From the human T2T-CHM13v2.0 reference genome, Homo sapiens: a DNA stretch of 64,000 nt. The translations under genes were made by a program, and so were the position numbers. The first letter of the stretch is position 1. Each line of letters starts with the position of its first letter. The DNA lies in assembly GCF_009914755.1 (NCBI RefSeq), contig NC_060926.1; one strand, given 5' to 3'. The notes beneath the pieces are model-generated. The model worked only from the letters and a program-made list of their open reading frames with translations. It was not told the DNA's origin and ran no database searches. Below are positions 15,147 to 30,320 of the stretch, in pieces.

Positions 15147-15859
15147 TGTCTTAGTCTGTTCAGACTACTATAACAAAATACCATGGACTGATGGCTTATA
15201 AACAACAGAAATTAATTAGCCAGGCATGGTGGCACGTACCTGTATTCCCAGCTGCTTGGGAGGCTGACGTGGGAAGACCACTCGAACCTAGGAGTTCGAG
15301 ATCAGCCTGGGCAACATAGCAAGACCTCATTTCTACCAAAAAACAAAAAAATTAGTCGGGTGTGGTGGTGCACCTGCAGTCCCAGCTACTTGAGGAGGGG
15401 GGACAGAGGGGTGGGGGGATCGCAGTTGCTGAGGTGAAAGGATCACTTGAGCCCAGGAGGTCGAGGCTGCAGTGAGTCATGACCATGCTACTGCACTCCA
15501 GCCTGGGTGACAGAGCAAGACCCTGTCTCTTAGAAGAAAAAAACCCAAACAGAAATGTTTATTTCTCACAGTTCTGGAGGCTAGAAGTCCAAGATCAGGG
15601 TGCCAGTAGGGTTTTCTGATGAGGGCCCACTTCCTGGCTTATAGACGGCACCTTCTCACTGCGTCCTTATAGGATGGAAGGGGCCAGGGGTCTCTCTCAG
15701 GCCTCTTTTATAAGGGCATGAATTTCATTCATGCAGACTCCACTCCCATGACTGAATCACCTTCCAAAGTCTCCACCTCCTAACACCACCACCTTGGGGG
15801 TAAAGATTTCGAGCTATGAATTTTGGAAGCAGAGGGGACACATCATTTGGACCACAGCA
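15147..15859 (-). mobile_element. MaLR solo LTR, MLT1A0-like, split by Alu
   Basis: tgtcttagtctgttcag...tatttctcacagttctggaggctagaagtccaagatc...ggcctcttttataagggca...ggggacacatcatttggaccacagca. TSD gggac/gtgac. Confidence 0.88.
15218..15545 (+). mobile_element. Old Alu (J-type/atypical dimer) with G-rich internal insert
   Basis: ggagttcgagatcagcctgggcaacatagcaagacc, then right arm gatcacttgagcccaggaggtcgaggctgcagtgag. Approximate TSD aacagaaat. Confidence 0.88.
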
Positions 15860-16893
15860 GTGACAGAGATACTTTTTCAATATGAATAAAAACAAAAGTA
15901 ATGACTTCTCTAAAAATATAATTGGTCTTATGGATTTAAAACTGGATGGAATTCTGCTTACCATTAGGAATTTAATATTAAAAATTGCCAAGCCACTAGC
16001 AGTCATAGCAGAAAACTACCATATGGAAAAGTTATCAACATGTCCTTTTTGGAAACCGAAAATCACTGCAATGTTTCTAAGTATCAAATAAAACCCATTA
16101 AACATGTTTCTGGGCATCTTCCCTCCCATTGGGATGAGAACAGCATTCCCATTTATGACAGAGTGAACTATTCGTGTTCTCAGAAGGAGCGACTGGCTAA
16201 TTGCAGACAAAGGATGTAAATTCAGCCCAAGAGCCCAGCTATGACTCCCACACCCACACAGGGGCTTGTTCCCATTGGTTCCGGCACTCAGATGGAAACA
16301 CCACTTCTTTATTACAGAAGCCCTACTGGGTAGCTCAGGCCCTGCGCATGAAGGGGCTGGAGAACTATTATTTCCCAGCGGTCCTTGTAACCTTCTCCTG
16401 GATCCAACTGTTAGGAAGTGGGAAGTGCAGGCAGTTGTGGGGGTGTATGTCAGGATTTAAATCAAAATTCATTTTAACAAATTGCCTGCTGTTATCTTCT
16501 CTCTATGGCTATCGCACATTCTCAATTGCTTTGATCTATCTTTTTAACTATCATGGGTGAAAAGTCAAGGTGTGATCCTTAATAATTGCTGAATGGCACA
16601 GCGACCAGAAGAGAGATGCTCATTGGAGTGGGCATGCAGTGAAGGTGCACATCCCAAATCCTCCATCTATGGACAGCAGAGGGAAGGGTGGGGTTCCAGG
16701 ACTTTCAGGGTGATTCAGGCCAGGAAAGCCAGGGGTTACTGAGTGAACAGTCTTCTCTCTCATCCTCTTGGTTCCTGCATTATTCTTCATGTCACTTCTA
16801 GTGAAATGGAAGTGTGTAGAATTCTCCTGTTCTTTCTCCAGAGGGCTACCAGTGCAGCTGGGAGAGAGTGGCTACTTGGAAAGTCTGGGGAAC

Positions 16894-17248
16894 TGTATTA
16901 GTCTGTTTTCACACTGCTATAAAGAAATACCCAAGACTGGGTATTTATAAAGGAAAGAGGTTTCATTGACCCACAGTTCCACATGGATGGGGAGGCCTCA
17001 GGAAACTTACAATCATGGCAGAAAGGGAAGCAAATACGTACTTCTTCACAAGGCAGCAGGAGAGAGAAGTGCCGAGTCAAGGGACAAGAGCCCCTTATAT
17101 AACCATGGGGGGTTATACCAAGCATGGGGGAACTACCCCCATGATCCAATCACCTCCCACCAGGTCCCTCCCCCAACACATGGGAATTACAATTCAGATT
17201 ACAATTGAAGACGAGATTTGGGTGGGAACACAGAGCCAGATGGTATCA
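16894..17248 (-). mobile_element. MaLR solo LTR, THE1D/MST-like
   Basis: tgtattagtctgttttcacactgctataaagaaatacc...gaggcctcaggaaacttacaatcatggcagaa...gagatttgggtgggaacacagagcc...tatca. Perfect 5-bp TSD GGAAC. Confidence 0.92.
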
Positions 17249-18075
17249 GGAACAGAGGCAGGAAAGGCCACACTGGGGTTCCAAGTGGCAGAGTTCTTCA
17301 GCAGGTAGCTCGGGACAGATTGCAGGTGATTGCTGTCAGATGGCCAAGTCCTGCCACAAGAGCCAGTTCCAGGCACCATCTCAGGGGATGCTGTGCTTGG
17401 AGCCCAGGGCAGAGCCTGGGCAACACTCATCTGAGAAGGCAACTTCCTCAGGCCGCATGGCCCACACAAACCTCTGGTGTTTGGGACGGCAATTCCTTAA
17501 TGGCAGTGCATGAGGATTCTTCAAACTGGGGACAGGCTGCTCTTGGCCCCTTTATTTCTTTCTGCTGATAATTCAGCATCCATTTTATGAAAAAAATAAA
17601 AGGAGGGTGGGAAGGGGAAGGGAAAGGAGAGAGAAAAGAAGAAGAGACCGGCACTAGATTGCCAATGATTGCTCTGAATGAAAGAGCAATTCTATTACTT
17701 GGAGTTAGTGGAGTGCCAAAATTGTGCCCAAATAAAAAAAATACAAACATACATTGCCCTCATGGGGATACTAAAGACACGTGTGCAAGACAAAATCATT
17801 GTCTTCTGGAGCTATCCCCTTCTCAGAGCTCTTCCTGAAACCTCACTCAGGAGGAACAACTGAACCTAGTTTGTGCTTCCTCTCACCCCACTGTCCCCCT
17901 GTCTTCAGGACAGACTGAGTCAGGTGTGCACACTTCTGGGGACTCCTCTGTCCCATCACTTCTGAGAAGATGCAGGAATTTCCATCTCTCTGCCCTCAGC
18001 AATCTAAGGAGGTAGCCATGAAGAAATCAAGAAAACTACAAGAAGGTGTGCATTATTAATTTCTAAAATATATGT

Positions 18076-18785
18076 ATAATACCCACTAGGATGGCTACTA
18101 TTTAAGAAAAACAGAAAAATACCAAATGTTGGAGAGGATGTAGAACAACAGGACCTTTCATACACTGTTGTGGGAATATGAAATGGTGCAGCCACTGTGA
18201 AAAACAGTATGGCAGGTCCTCAAAAATTTAAAAATAGAATTATGTGATCAAGCCATTCCTCTTCTGGGTATATACTCAAAAGACTTGAAAGCAAGGACTT
18301 GAACCGATCTCTCTGTACACTCATGTACATAGCAGCACTACTCACAGCAGCCAAGAGAGGAAAGCAACGCAAGCATCTATCAGTGGATGAGTGGATAAAC
18401 AGAGTGTGGTCTATACACTCGATGAGATAGTATTCAGCCTTATAAAGGAAGGGAATTCTGACACATGCTACAACATAGATGAACCTTGACAACATCCTAG
18501 TGAAGTCAGTCAATCACGAAAGAACAAACACTGTATGATTCCACTTACATGAGGCCGCTAGAGTAGTCAGATTCATAGAGACAGAAAGTAGAATGGGGGT
18601 TGCCAGGAGCTGGGGGGAAATGGGGAGTTAGTGTTAATGAGGACAGAATTCAAGTTTTGCAAGATGAAAAGACTTCTGGAGATGGATGGGGTGATGGTTG
18701 CACAATGTGATATACTTAATCCACTGAATTGTACACAAAAAATGATTTAAATGGTAAATTTTTATTATGTCTATTTTATCATATT
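18076..18785 (+). mobile_element. L1MB-type LINE-1 3' region
   Basis: cccactaggatggctact...tgttggagaggatgtaga...aaatggtgcagccactgtgaaaaacagtatgg...gagtagtcagattcatagagacagaaagtagaatgg...ttctggagatggatgg. Confidence 0.88.
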
Positions 18786-19149
18786 ATGATATCATATCAT
18801 ATTACCCCTTTATTATGATAAAGGGTTGTGTGTGTTTGGTAGGGCGGTGTGTACATACACGCGCAACTGCCCGAAGCTCTCTGTATCTGGATTCAGGTGA
18901 TGAGGAATCCTTCAGATGGGTCTCTTTCCCAGCGGAGGAAGGACCGAAATAATTTTTTCCCTTTCCCAGTAGAGGAAGGACTGAAATAATGCAGGAAGCA
19001 GAGGCCTGCTGACCAGAGCCAAAGGGGCTGCCCCAGCACCGAGAGTGAAGGAAGAGCTTGCCTGCATGATGGGATAGGGAGTGCTGCCAGAGGCCCATCT
19101 TTAAAAAGAGAGTTGTATGTGTCAGTGTCCTCTTTGCAGGGTGCCTCAC

Positions 19150-19330
19150 TCATATCAGCTCATTTAGCCCTCACCACCCCCACCCCGAACTTGAAAACTC
19201 TTTCCTATCCTCCCTTTTACAGACTCAGAGAAGTCAAGTAAACTGCCTGGGTGATCCAGGCCCTCAGTGGTGATATGGTGACAATGAAATCCAAGACCAG
19301 GTGGGCCTATTTCTAAAGCTCTTGATCCTG
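19150..19330 (-). mobile_element. MIR
   Basis: ctcatttagccctcac...tatcctcccttttacaga...ctcagagaagtcaagtaaactgcc. Confidence 0.55.
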
Positions 19331-20850
19331 CAACAGGTTATGCTGTCTCCTCCTGCAAAATATATCATCCCTTCCAGAGTCCTCGTGCAAAGGTACCAAC
19401 CTCCCACCCTTTGCATCATCACCCTAAGGGCTTCCTGAGTTCTAGGGTATTTCGAATGGATCAGGAGTCTATGTGACTAATCCCCTGAGTTGTGCAGTGC
19501 ACAACCTGCACAGCTGAATGCTAGAGCCCTGGTTAACCCATTATGTTACTTAACGGAGGTCATACACAACTTCACCAACATGTGAACAGGATTCCTTCAC
19601 CATGGTTAACTGTCCACAATGCATTCTCCTCTGGTAGGAAACAAAGACTGCCTTAAAGGCCCAGAACACAGGACAGGCAAGCCTGGATGACAAGGGCCAG
19701 GAGGAGGCATAAGGTGACATTAAAAAAAAAAAAAGCAGTGCCACCATGGACATCTGCACAGACTTGCTGCACAGCAACGGGACACTCCGAGGCATCTGCA
19801 GCTGCTTTTAGATCTGACATGGAAGCCCTGAGTGGCCTCATCCCCCTTTGCCACATCCCCATCCAACTTGCTGTCTTTTCACTCAGTGATTAAGGCAGGA
19901 TTTAAGTGCTGCTTCTGGGACTTCTCAATTCATTCCTTTGAACTCATCAGGAATTCTAACCATTTGCAATCTGCCTCTGCTAGAATCTTGGCATGAGTGT
20001 ATCTGAACCTGGACATCCCGGATGGCCCCAGGTGATTCTGGTGCTGACCGGTGTGGAACTGAACATGAAGGAGGCAGAGCTGGACCACAGTTCCTTGGAG
20101 ACCGATGAGCGAAATGGGCCTCCCTGGAGAACAATGAGGGGATAGATGCTGTGAGGAGGAGAGAAGGTGGTCAGGTGGCTGGATGCGTTGAGACCCTGCA
20201 CTCCCAGAGGCTCAGGAGGGAGAGAGGAATGTGGTCAGTGGGGAGCCAGGGGGTGGGAAGCTTCTCCAAGGGAATCAGGGACAGGACCTCAACAGAAGGC
20301 TGTGTGCATAATCACCATGCACAACTCTCCATCCATTCCAGGCCTACTGCGTACGTGGGGGATGGCATCTGGAACATCACGGAATCTCTATGAGCCGCAG
20401 TTTCCTCATCAGCTAAAGAGGGAAGCACTGGCCTGAGCAGGTGGTTGTGAGAATTAAGTGTCAACATGTACAGCACCCGGCACACAGCAAGAACTCAAAG
20501 CTTCCTAAAACTGCCTCCACGTCTCCATCATGCAACCAAATATCCCTGTGTGCAGGACTTAAGGCCATGAGGCTGTGCCACAGAGGGGAGGAAGGGCAGC
20601 CAGGAACACTCTCTGACCCTGAGAATGCCAGGAGAGGTCACTGGAACAGAACCAACTCTGAAGCCCTCGGCTGGGATCTAGGATATAAAATGCAAGCTCT
20701 CGTCCACTTGCAAGTCCCTGATAGGGCACTGCAATTTTATTCTCTCTTATTTCAACTGGACATTGACTTTGTATGTGAAATGTCCTTTCTGCTCACCAGT
20801 TCAGGAAAGTTAGAACTGTCACTACTTTTTTTTTTTTTTTACCAAAAAAA

Positions 20851-20953
20851 CAGATTTCACCACTACGCAATACACGCTTGCAAGGAATCTGTACTTGTAC
20901 TCCATAAATCTATAAAAATTTTTAAAATGAATAAATAAAATAAAAATTAAAAA
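20851..20953 (+). mobile_element. Very short LINE-1 3' terminus (L1PB/L1MA-type) with A-rich tail
   Basis: cagatttcaccactacgcaatacac...aatctgtacttgtactccataaatctataaaaa followed by an A-rich tail. Confidence 0.65.
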
Positions 20954-21655
20954 TGGAAGCTGTTAAAATATTTTGCTCACAGACACACTAGAGCTTACAA
21001 CTCAAAGCGCATGAGGTTTAATTTAAGAGAGACATTTAAGTATGAAGTGTAGCAGGGAAAAGCTGTGAATTCTGCATATGTTGGACGCCATTCTCCCACT
21101 GCCTAAGTTAGGACTTAGGAAGTTTACTTTGCCAAGTAGGCAATGGGGTATTTAAGGCTGGAGCTACTCATCTGGGAGCCGATGGCCCATGGATTGGACA
21201 GAACTTCCAGCCATGAGGCTGGATGAACTGACCAGATTCGTAAGTATGGTAGGTAGAGAGGGCATCTGAAGCCCACACCCTGGAAGCAAGAGTTCTTTTT
21301 CTATATGAAAAACAATCCTAACTGATAGAACCATTTTTATGCACTTGACCATAAACATGGACATAAAAATACATACAAGAATATGTACATATGTATATAT
21401 GCGTACATATGTGTGCCATGAGGAAGAAAGGCTACTTCTGACAGGACTCAGAGACAACTTCTTGGAAGTGGTAGCACATGATCAAGACCTCAAGGGACAG
21501 AAGGAGTTTCAGCAGACCGAGAAGGGAAGAAAGGCAAATGCAAGGATGTGGTGCTGGGAGAGCAAAAGCCCATACTGTCCAGGGACCTCACTGTAGGGAG
21601 GAGTGGAAGACAGACCAGAAAGCTGGATTATGGCTAAATTAAGATGGACCCCAAG

Positions 21656-21954
<299 letters not shown>

Positions 21955-23094
21955 AAGATGGACCCCAAGAATGCCAAGGAGTGTGGACTTGATTTGACAG
22001 CCGCTGGAGAAGCCAGGGGTTCCAGGGTCAGAGCTGTACCACAGCACAGACATCCACAGGGCCCTGGGCCCCTGATCGCCATGTGGTGGGGAGTTTCAGG
22101 GAGTCCTACAGGATCAGCAGGAAGGCGGGAGATCATTGGGGGCTCAGGATGGTGGCTGTTTAGCAACCAGCACAAAATATTTTAGCATGTTAACCACCAG
22201 TATGGCGGTGCCAGTGTACACTGGCTCAGTTATCAGGCCTGTTAATGGGGCTCTCCGAACCCACTCCCTTGGGTATCTTTCCATTTTCCCAAGGCAACCT
22301 GCTTCTTGAACAGGCTTCTCTCCAGGCCCTTGGGTTTTATCTTCTTTTGTGCAACTCTCTTGCAAAACCTCCAGCACGGAGGTCACAGCAGGAATTTTGA
22401 AGCCCTCCCTTCAGCTGCAAATTTACATCCTTTTTCTCTACAATTCATGTTCTGTAGCTACTATGGCCAGTAAGAAGGTTAGTGAATATTCCTTATTAGG
22501 GCTAAACTGCAGAAAACAGAGACAGTGGGAATGGGAAGGAAGAGCTGGGTGAAAGCAAGAAGTGGAAGCAAGAATCTCCTGGGATTCAGTGACTGAACAA
22601 TGGGAGAAGACGAGGGAGACAGAGTTTAAAGGCAGAGTTCAGCTTCAAGCTCAGATAACTGGGAGAAAAGTAACCTCATGAATAGGACTAGCGAGGCTGG
22701 GAGAAAGAGCTGGGGTAGGGAGAAGAGGGAAAAAGGAATCGATGTAGTGTTAGACAAGCTAAGTTGGAGATGTCCAAATGGAAATATCAGCAGGCAGTTG
22801 GGAGTGTGGGAGGAGAGCTGAGAGAAGCTGTCAGGATCAGAGGTACAGATGAGAGAGACTTTGGAAAAGAACCACAGGGCTGGGCTCTCCCCAGAGAGAA
22901 AGAGAAGAGCAAGAGACTAAAGATAGAACCTTGGAGACGTGCTCACTTATGGGGCAGCAGGAAGAAGCAAAAGAAGAAGAAGGGGAGCGGCATGAGGAGG
23001 AGGAGAAGGATAGGTCAGGCCTGGGCGTGAAGGAAGCATGACGTTGGAAGGATGAACAAGGCTTCAAGAAGGAAGAGTTGGTTATATTTTCCAT

Positions 23095-24830
<1,736 letters not shown>

Positions 24831-25409
24831 CCAATTTTTTATTTTTATGTTACAGTACAGACATCTACTTCTTGACTTGGTGACCCAAGTTAGTGTCATT
24901 TCCCTTAGACTACCAGCTCCAGTGAGTTCAAACAATGCCTACAGAACTTGCTTTGCACTGTGGCAGGCACAGCCCCTGCAGTTCATAAATCTGCTGTACA
25001 TTACAGGGGGAGTTACATTACAGGGAGTTACAGGATGCCTGTAACTCAGTGTCCCACCCTGCCGGCTTCCGCTTATCTGACAGCCACATCAAGCCAACTG
25101 GTTCATCACACACCCTGAAGTCAGAAGGTTGTGGCTCAACACTATGTTTTAGACTCGACCAAACTGTACTCTGATGAGGAGCTAATGAGAAAGAGATCAA
25201 CGATAGGATGATCATATGTTAAAGTACTCATGTCCATGGAGCAGGGAGGGAGGGAGAGACAGTGAGAGCAAGAGAGAGAAGAAATGACCAGGAGACACTG
25301 AGAGAAAGGGAAGGGACCAAGGAATTGAGAAACGGGGAGAAGAATTGAGGAAGGCTTATTTAAAATTCTTATCAATCACTTGACTAAGTATCCCCTCAAG
25401 ATAGCATAA

Positions 25410-25640
25410 CTGTAGGCTGCTCAAAGCACAGGTGTGGGTGGCAGAGAGGCCCACGTGTCCAACCTGGCTCTGCTCCCTGCCAGCCATGTTGCCTTATGCA
25501 AGTAACTCCACATCTCTAGGCCTCCATTCCATCATCTGTCAAATCGGATAATAAGAAAATTGCCCTCAGGGGGTAGGCGTGAAGATTAAATAAGTTAATG
25601 CTCTTAGCCCAGGGCCTGGCACAGGAAGATCAATACAATT
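25410..25640 (+). mobile_element. MIR
   Basis: cctggctctgc...gccatgttgccttatgcaagtaactccacatctctaggcctccattccatcatctgtcaaat...gaagattaaataag. Confidence 0.75.
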
Positions 25641-25700
25641 AGTGCAAACCACAGGAGAGTTGAATAACCCCCTACTAGCCTCATCACCAACTGTATAAAC

Positions 25701-25890
25701 CAGTGGACCTCGAATGAACTTCATGTGCATTGGAATCTCCAGAAAGGTTGTTTGACAGAGATTGCTGGGCTGGCACCCCAGGGTTTCAGGTTCCGCAGGT
25801 CTGGGGTAGTGCTTCTAAATTTGCATTTCTAACAAGTTCACAGGTGACACTGATGCTGTTCTTCCAAAGAACATACTTTGAAGACCACTA
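25701..25890 (+). mobile_element. MER5A (hAT-Charlie)
   Basis: cagtgg...gcattggaatctcc...cagagattgctggg...ggtctgggg...aatttgcatttctaacaagttcacaggtgacactgatgctg...actttgaagaccact. Confidence 0.8.
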
Positions 25891-27769
25891 CTCTGAATTA
25901 TGAAGGGTCAGGAAAACAAAATGCCACTTATTGGCATTTTAAATTCTCAAGTGAAAAGTCTTTAAATAAAAGCCCTAATAACTGATCCCGGATATAGGCA
26001 CCCTGAACCATCTGGAACTCACTAATAGAAAGAAAAGGTGACTTTAATTACCAATTTCTGGAATGTAAAAATACAATCAAGCCTAGTTGCCACGATAAAA
26101 GTGTCCTTTAAAGCCTTTATTTGACTGGAAAGGAAGAAATCTGAAGCAACATGTAATAGCACATGTGCATTAACAACATCAAATGAGGTTGTCTTTACCA
26201 TGGAATCGTGTTCACTGTCCACACAAGTGCTCAACTGGGGCCATTGAGAAAAGCTTTTTTCTCACCAAAATCTTGCAACAAAACATACTAATAAAACAAT
26301 GCTTACCCATACAGGAAATGCGTTGTCTGCTGTCTACTTGGGAGGGGCTATAAATAGCTCCTTGGAGAACATTGTTCTATAATTAGCTTTCACTTCAAGT
26401 GAACTATGTGTAATGAATTTCATATCACTAGATGTTCTTCCTGGGCAAAGTATATGGCAGATTATGCATCTGTTAATGTTGAAACTGAACAAACGGCATT
26501 GCACGGAAGTCAGAGAATTTTTAAATGAGACAGAGATGGAAACCACACTATGAAATTGACTGGAAGTGCCCATTTGGGGTGTATGTGCTCTTACAAACAG
26601 ACGTGTGCAAACACATTAAATTACCTCTTCATAGTTGAGTTAAACAGGCAGGTGTTGAGAGCAACTAAAGACAATGGCTGCTTGAGCCTCCATACAGCTG
26701 TTTCTTGGCCCTATTCTTAAAGGGTGTTCCTTGCACTTTTTAGAAAAGTGCAAATCTCAAATTTGTTTGAGTCTCCACGAAGGAGGGCCAGGGCAAACAC
26801 CTGAAAGAGCTGAAATGGATTTTTCTACATTCAATGCACTTTAGTTCCAATTCCACAGTGACTTCTGAAATCCTCTCAGCTAATTGCAGGAGCTAAACAA
26901 CACCTCCCATTCTTCTGGTACATTTACAGTTCCCCCACATTTGCTGCCCTCGCACCTTCCTCCCCCCACAACTCCCAGCACCCTGCTACACAAAAGACTT
27001 TTCTTCATTCTATTTTCCACATGCTCTGAAATCAGTGTCCCTTCTGCATTCCATAGGTTCCCTCTTGATGGCTGTTTGGCTAGGATGGGGTCATTTAAAT
27101 GCCTCCCTGGAGCACTCAGAATTTGCGCTGACCATTGAAAAATGTTCCTGTTCCAGTGAGAAAGGCTCCATCCCCGGCCACTACCTTAACCAGCAGGATG
27201 ACCGGAGGTAACAGCTGAGCAAAGCCCCTGCCTTGGGCTGACCTGCACTGGTCCCATATTCTTGGGCCAAGATGAGCATGCCTGACCTGCACCCAAACTT
27301 TCCATTTAATGAGAGGAACTTGCATCCTTTCCCAACCTGAAGCCCAGAGCTGGTTTGAAGATTGCATATGTTTACAAAAGAACACTCCCATCCAGTCTGT
27401 TGCCAAAGTCCAAACAGTGCCCTTGGTGAGATGCCAGTAGGCCAATAACCCATGTATCGACCCACTGACTTCATTTCCTTATATGAATGATCAGGACCTA
27501 GTATTGCTCTTTTGCCAATCCAATCCTTTATCCTGGAATTCTATTTCAAGCACTTGGAAGACAGCTGCTTTAAGAATGGAGTAAAGATATTAATAACTGA
27601 TGCACTGATGGGAGGATGAGAGAAAACAGAGACAAGAAGTGTGTAACACTGCTTTGGTATCAGTTCATTACCCAGCAAGATCTCATGGGGAGTGAATGAT
27701 GCCGTGAATATCTTTGTGTTGGCATTGGATGTGGCGATGTGCTGGGCTGGGTGGGAGAAAGCCCGGGCT

Positions 27770-27970
27770 TGGCAGTCATCAGGGTCAGTTTCAAGTCCTG
27801 CTCTGTCTTGCATTTGCCAAGGGACTGAGGGCACCTTGAGCCTCTAAGTCAGATTCCTTATCTGCCAACTGGAAATAATTAAACACTTTTTTTGTACAGG
27901 ACCTTATGAAGATGAAATGAGGTAATGTAAATACCTTGGCATATAAGTATTAGATAAATGTCACCTTTTA
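27770..27970 (+). mobile_element. MIR
   Basis: ttcaagtcctgctctgtc...gcctctaagtcagattccttatctgccaactggaaataat...tgaagatgaaatgaggtaatgta. Confidence 0.65.
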
Positions 27971-28014
27971 TTCCTGAAAACATTATTAAGTAAAATATCA
28001 TTTAAAAATTCTCT

Positions 28015-28540
28015 TATCCAGATGATGGAATAGTATTCAATGCTTTTAAAAAAAAGTGCTATCAAGCCACAAAAGACATGAAGGAACCTTAAATGCATAC
28101 TACTAACTGAAAGGAGCCAATTTGAAAAGGTACGCACCATATGATTCCAACTCTATGACATTCCAGAGAAGGTAAAACTATGGAGACAATAAAAAGATCA
28201 GTGGCTGCCAGTAGTTGGGGGGAGGAAGGGATGAATAGGCACAGAATAGAGGATTTTTAGGGCAGTGGAGCTATTCTGTATTATACTATTATACCTTAAT
28301 GGTGGATTTGTGTCATTACACATTTGACCAAACACACCAAGAGTGAACCCTCATGTCAACTATGGACTCTAGGTGATTATGATGTGTCAATGTATACAAC
28401 AAACCTAGCACTGAGGGAGGGGATGCTGATAGTGGGGGAGGCTGTACATGGGAGGGGGGGTGTATGGGACCTTTCTGTATTTCCTCTCAGTTATTTAGAG
28501 TCAAAAGCTGCTCAAAACAATAATGTCTATTTATGAAAAT
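28015..28540 (+). mobile_element. L1MC-type LINE-1 3' end
   Basis: gctatcaagccacaaaagacatgaaggaaccttaaatgcatac...aggtaaaactatggagac...caccaagagtgaaccctcatgtcaactatggact. Confidence 0.85.
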
Positions 28541-29001
28541 CCTCTTAGAAGTAGATAGGATCTAAAATCACACTTTATTGTTAGAGAAAATGTACATGAA
28601 AGAACTTCCTCAGCGGGGCTTAAGCATAAGGAAATATTATTCTCAAGTGCCGGTATTGGCAATAATCTCACCTCTTTTTCAGATTTGTGTATATGTTTGT
28701 GCTAAGGCTTTAGGGCTTTGTCACCTCCAGACTCCTCCAGCCCTGTTTTCCTCCCTGGCTCCTCCACACGGTCTTTGTAAGGAAATCTTACTTCATTCTT
28801 TAGTTTGCCAACCACATGATCTAATAGGCACAAAAACCAAGTTAAGTCTTAACCCTACCAGGCAGGCTGTACAAGGCCTTGATTGTCTCCTGGTAGCATC
28901 CTCTGGCCCAGGCGGGAGGGCGAGAGCCTGCTGCCTCCTGCGCTCTTCTATTCTATGAAGCTTATGCAGAAACAGCACATCAAGGTGCTAACCTTGATAT
29001 T

Positions 29002-29158
29002 GTTTCTTTTTTTAATTAATTAATTAATTTTTTTTTTTTTTTGAGAGACGGAGTTTCACCATGTTGCCCAGGCTGGTCTCGAACTTCTGAGCTCAAGCAA
29101 TTTGCCCACCTCAGCCTCCCAAAGTGCTGGGGATTAGACATGAGCCACTGTCACGGCC
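29002..29158 (-). mobile_element. Free left Alu monomer (FLAM_C-like)
   Basis: Single monomer with poly-T tail. 13-bp TSD taaccttgatatt/taatcttgatatt. Confidence 0.85.
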
Positions 29159-30059
29159 TAATCTTGATATTTGAAACACATGATAGGCGTTCCTCAGTCT
29201 TGCTTTCAAAGGTACTCTTCATAAGCCCTGGCCTCTGAGTCAGTCTCCAATTATTGGGTTCTAAAGCCTCTTCTTCACGTTTATACTGACCCAACTTCCC
29301 TTTGCCTTGGTTGCTACAATTTTCTTCTCTAGCATAATGTTATTCTATCCAATGATGCGTGGTATTGTGTTTTTTCTTTTGAGTTTTGAAGTGAAAACTG
29401 ATAATCAGAGGTAAGAATCCACAAATGGGCTTCTGGACATTCACATGAAGAAAGAGGGCCTTCCCACCTTGTGATTAACTAGAAAAACTGTGCTAACATC
29501 TGGCATGGAACCCTGTTCTTATTGTCTGTTCCAAAGCTTATGCTGAAGTCATTGAATGTATACATCCAACAAGAGTCCCAAGCCCTGGGCTAGTGCTGTA
29601 ATTCGTATAGCAGCCCACACATTCTTGCCCTTGTGTAATACCACGAATGAACACCCATAGTCACCCAATACATATTTTGAAAATTTAATGTGTGCATATT
29701 TAAAATGAGGATATGCCACAGATTCAACTTCTATGATGGAAAAGAATATCCAATTTGACTGTGAGAACTTTGAATTATTTCACCGATACCTCTAAAGACT
29801 GATAAAATTGACTGCAAAAATTTTTTTATCCTCCCTTCCATACATTTGGATTCTTTGAAAAATATCTGGAGTTCCTGAATACATCAAGGCAACATTCAAT
29901 CAGTAAAGCCATGTTCTTTTAAAGGCCCAATGACTGGAACTCAGTGAGAATGTCCCAAAACTGGCAATGCAGTTTTGAAATGGCTCTTTTGCTCCATGCT
30001 GCACATTTTGAACAATGCATAGATGATCTATTGTAGCTTGGCTTTGTTATTTGGTTAAC

Positions 30060-30320
30060 GAAAAATCCAAGCACCAATGTCACCTCTTCCAAGAAGCTCA
30101 TCCTGAGTCCTTCCTCGGCACCCATGGGACATCTGCTTTTGGCTTGGAGGGCTTTTCTGACCCTAGCCCTATTTGGCTGGTGTTTATGCCTGCCTCAACA
30201 TAGTAAACCCTTTGTGTATAGAAACTGCCTTAATGTTCCCTTGATCCCTCACAGGCCAAGCCCAGCCTGACTCATGGCAAGCCTTCAACAGATGTCAGTA
30301 AAAGGAACTCAACCGTCAAA
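30060..30320 (+). mobile_element. L2 3' fragment
   Basis: aatgtcacctcttccaagaagctc...cccagcctgactcatggcaagccttcaacagatgtc. Confidence 0.55.
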
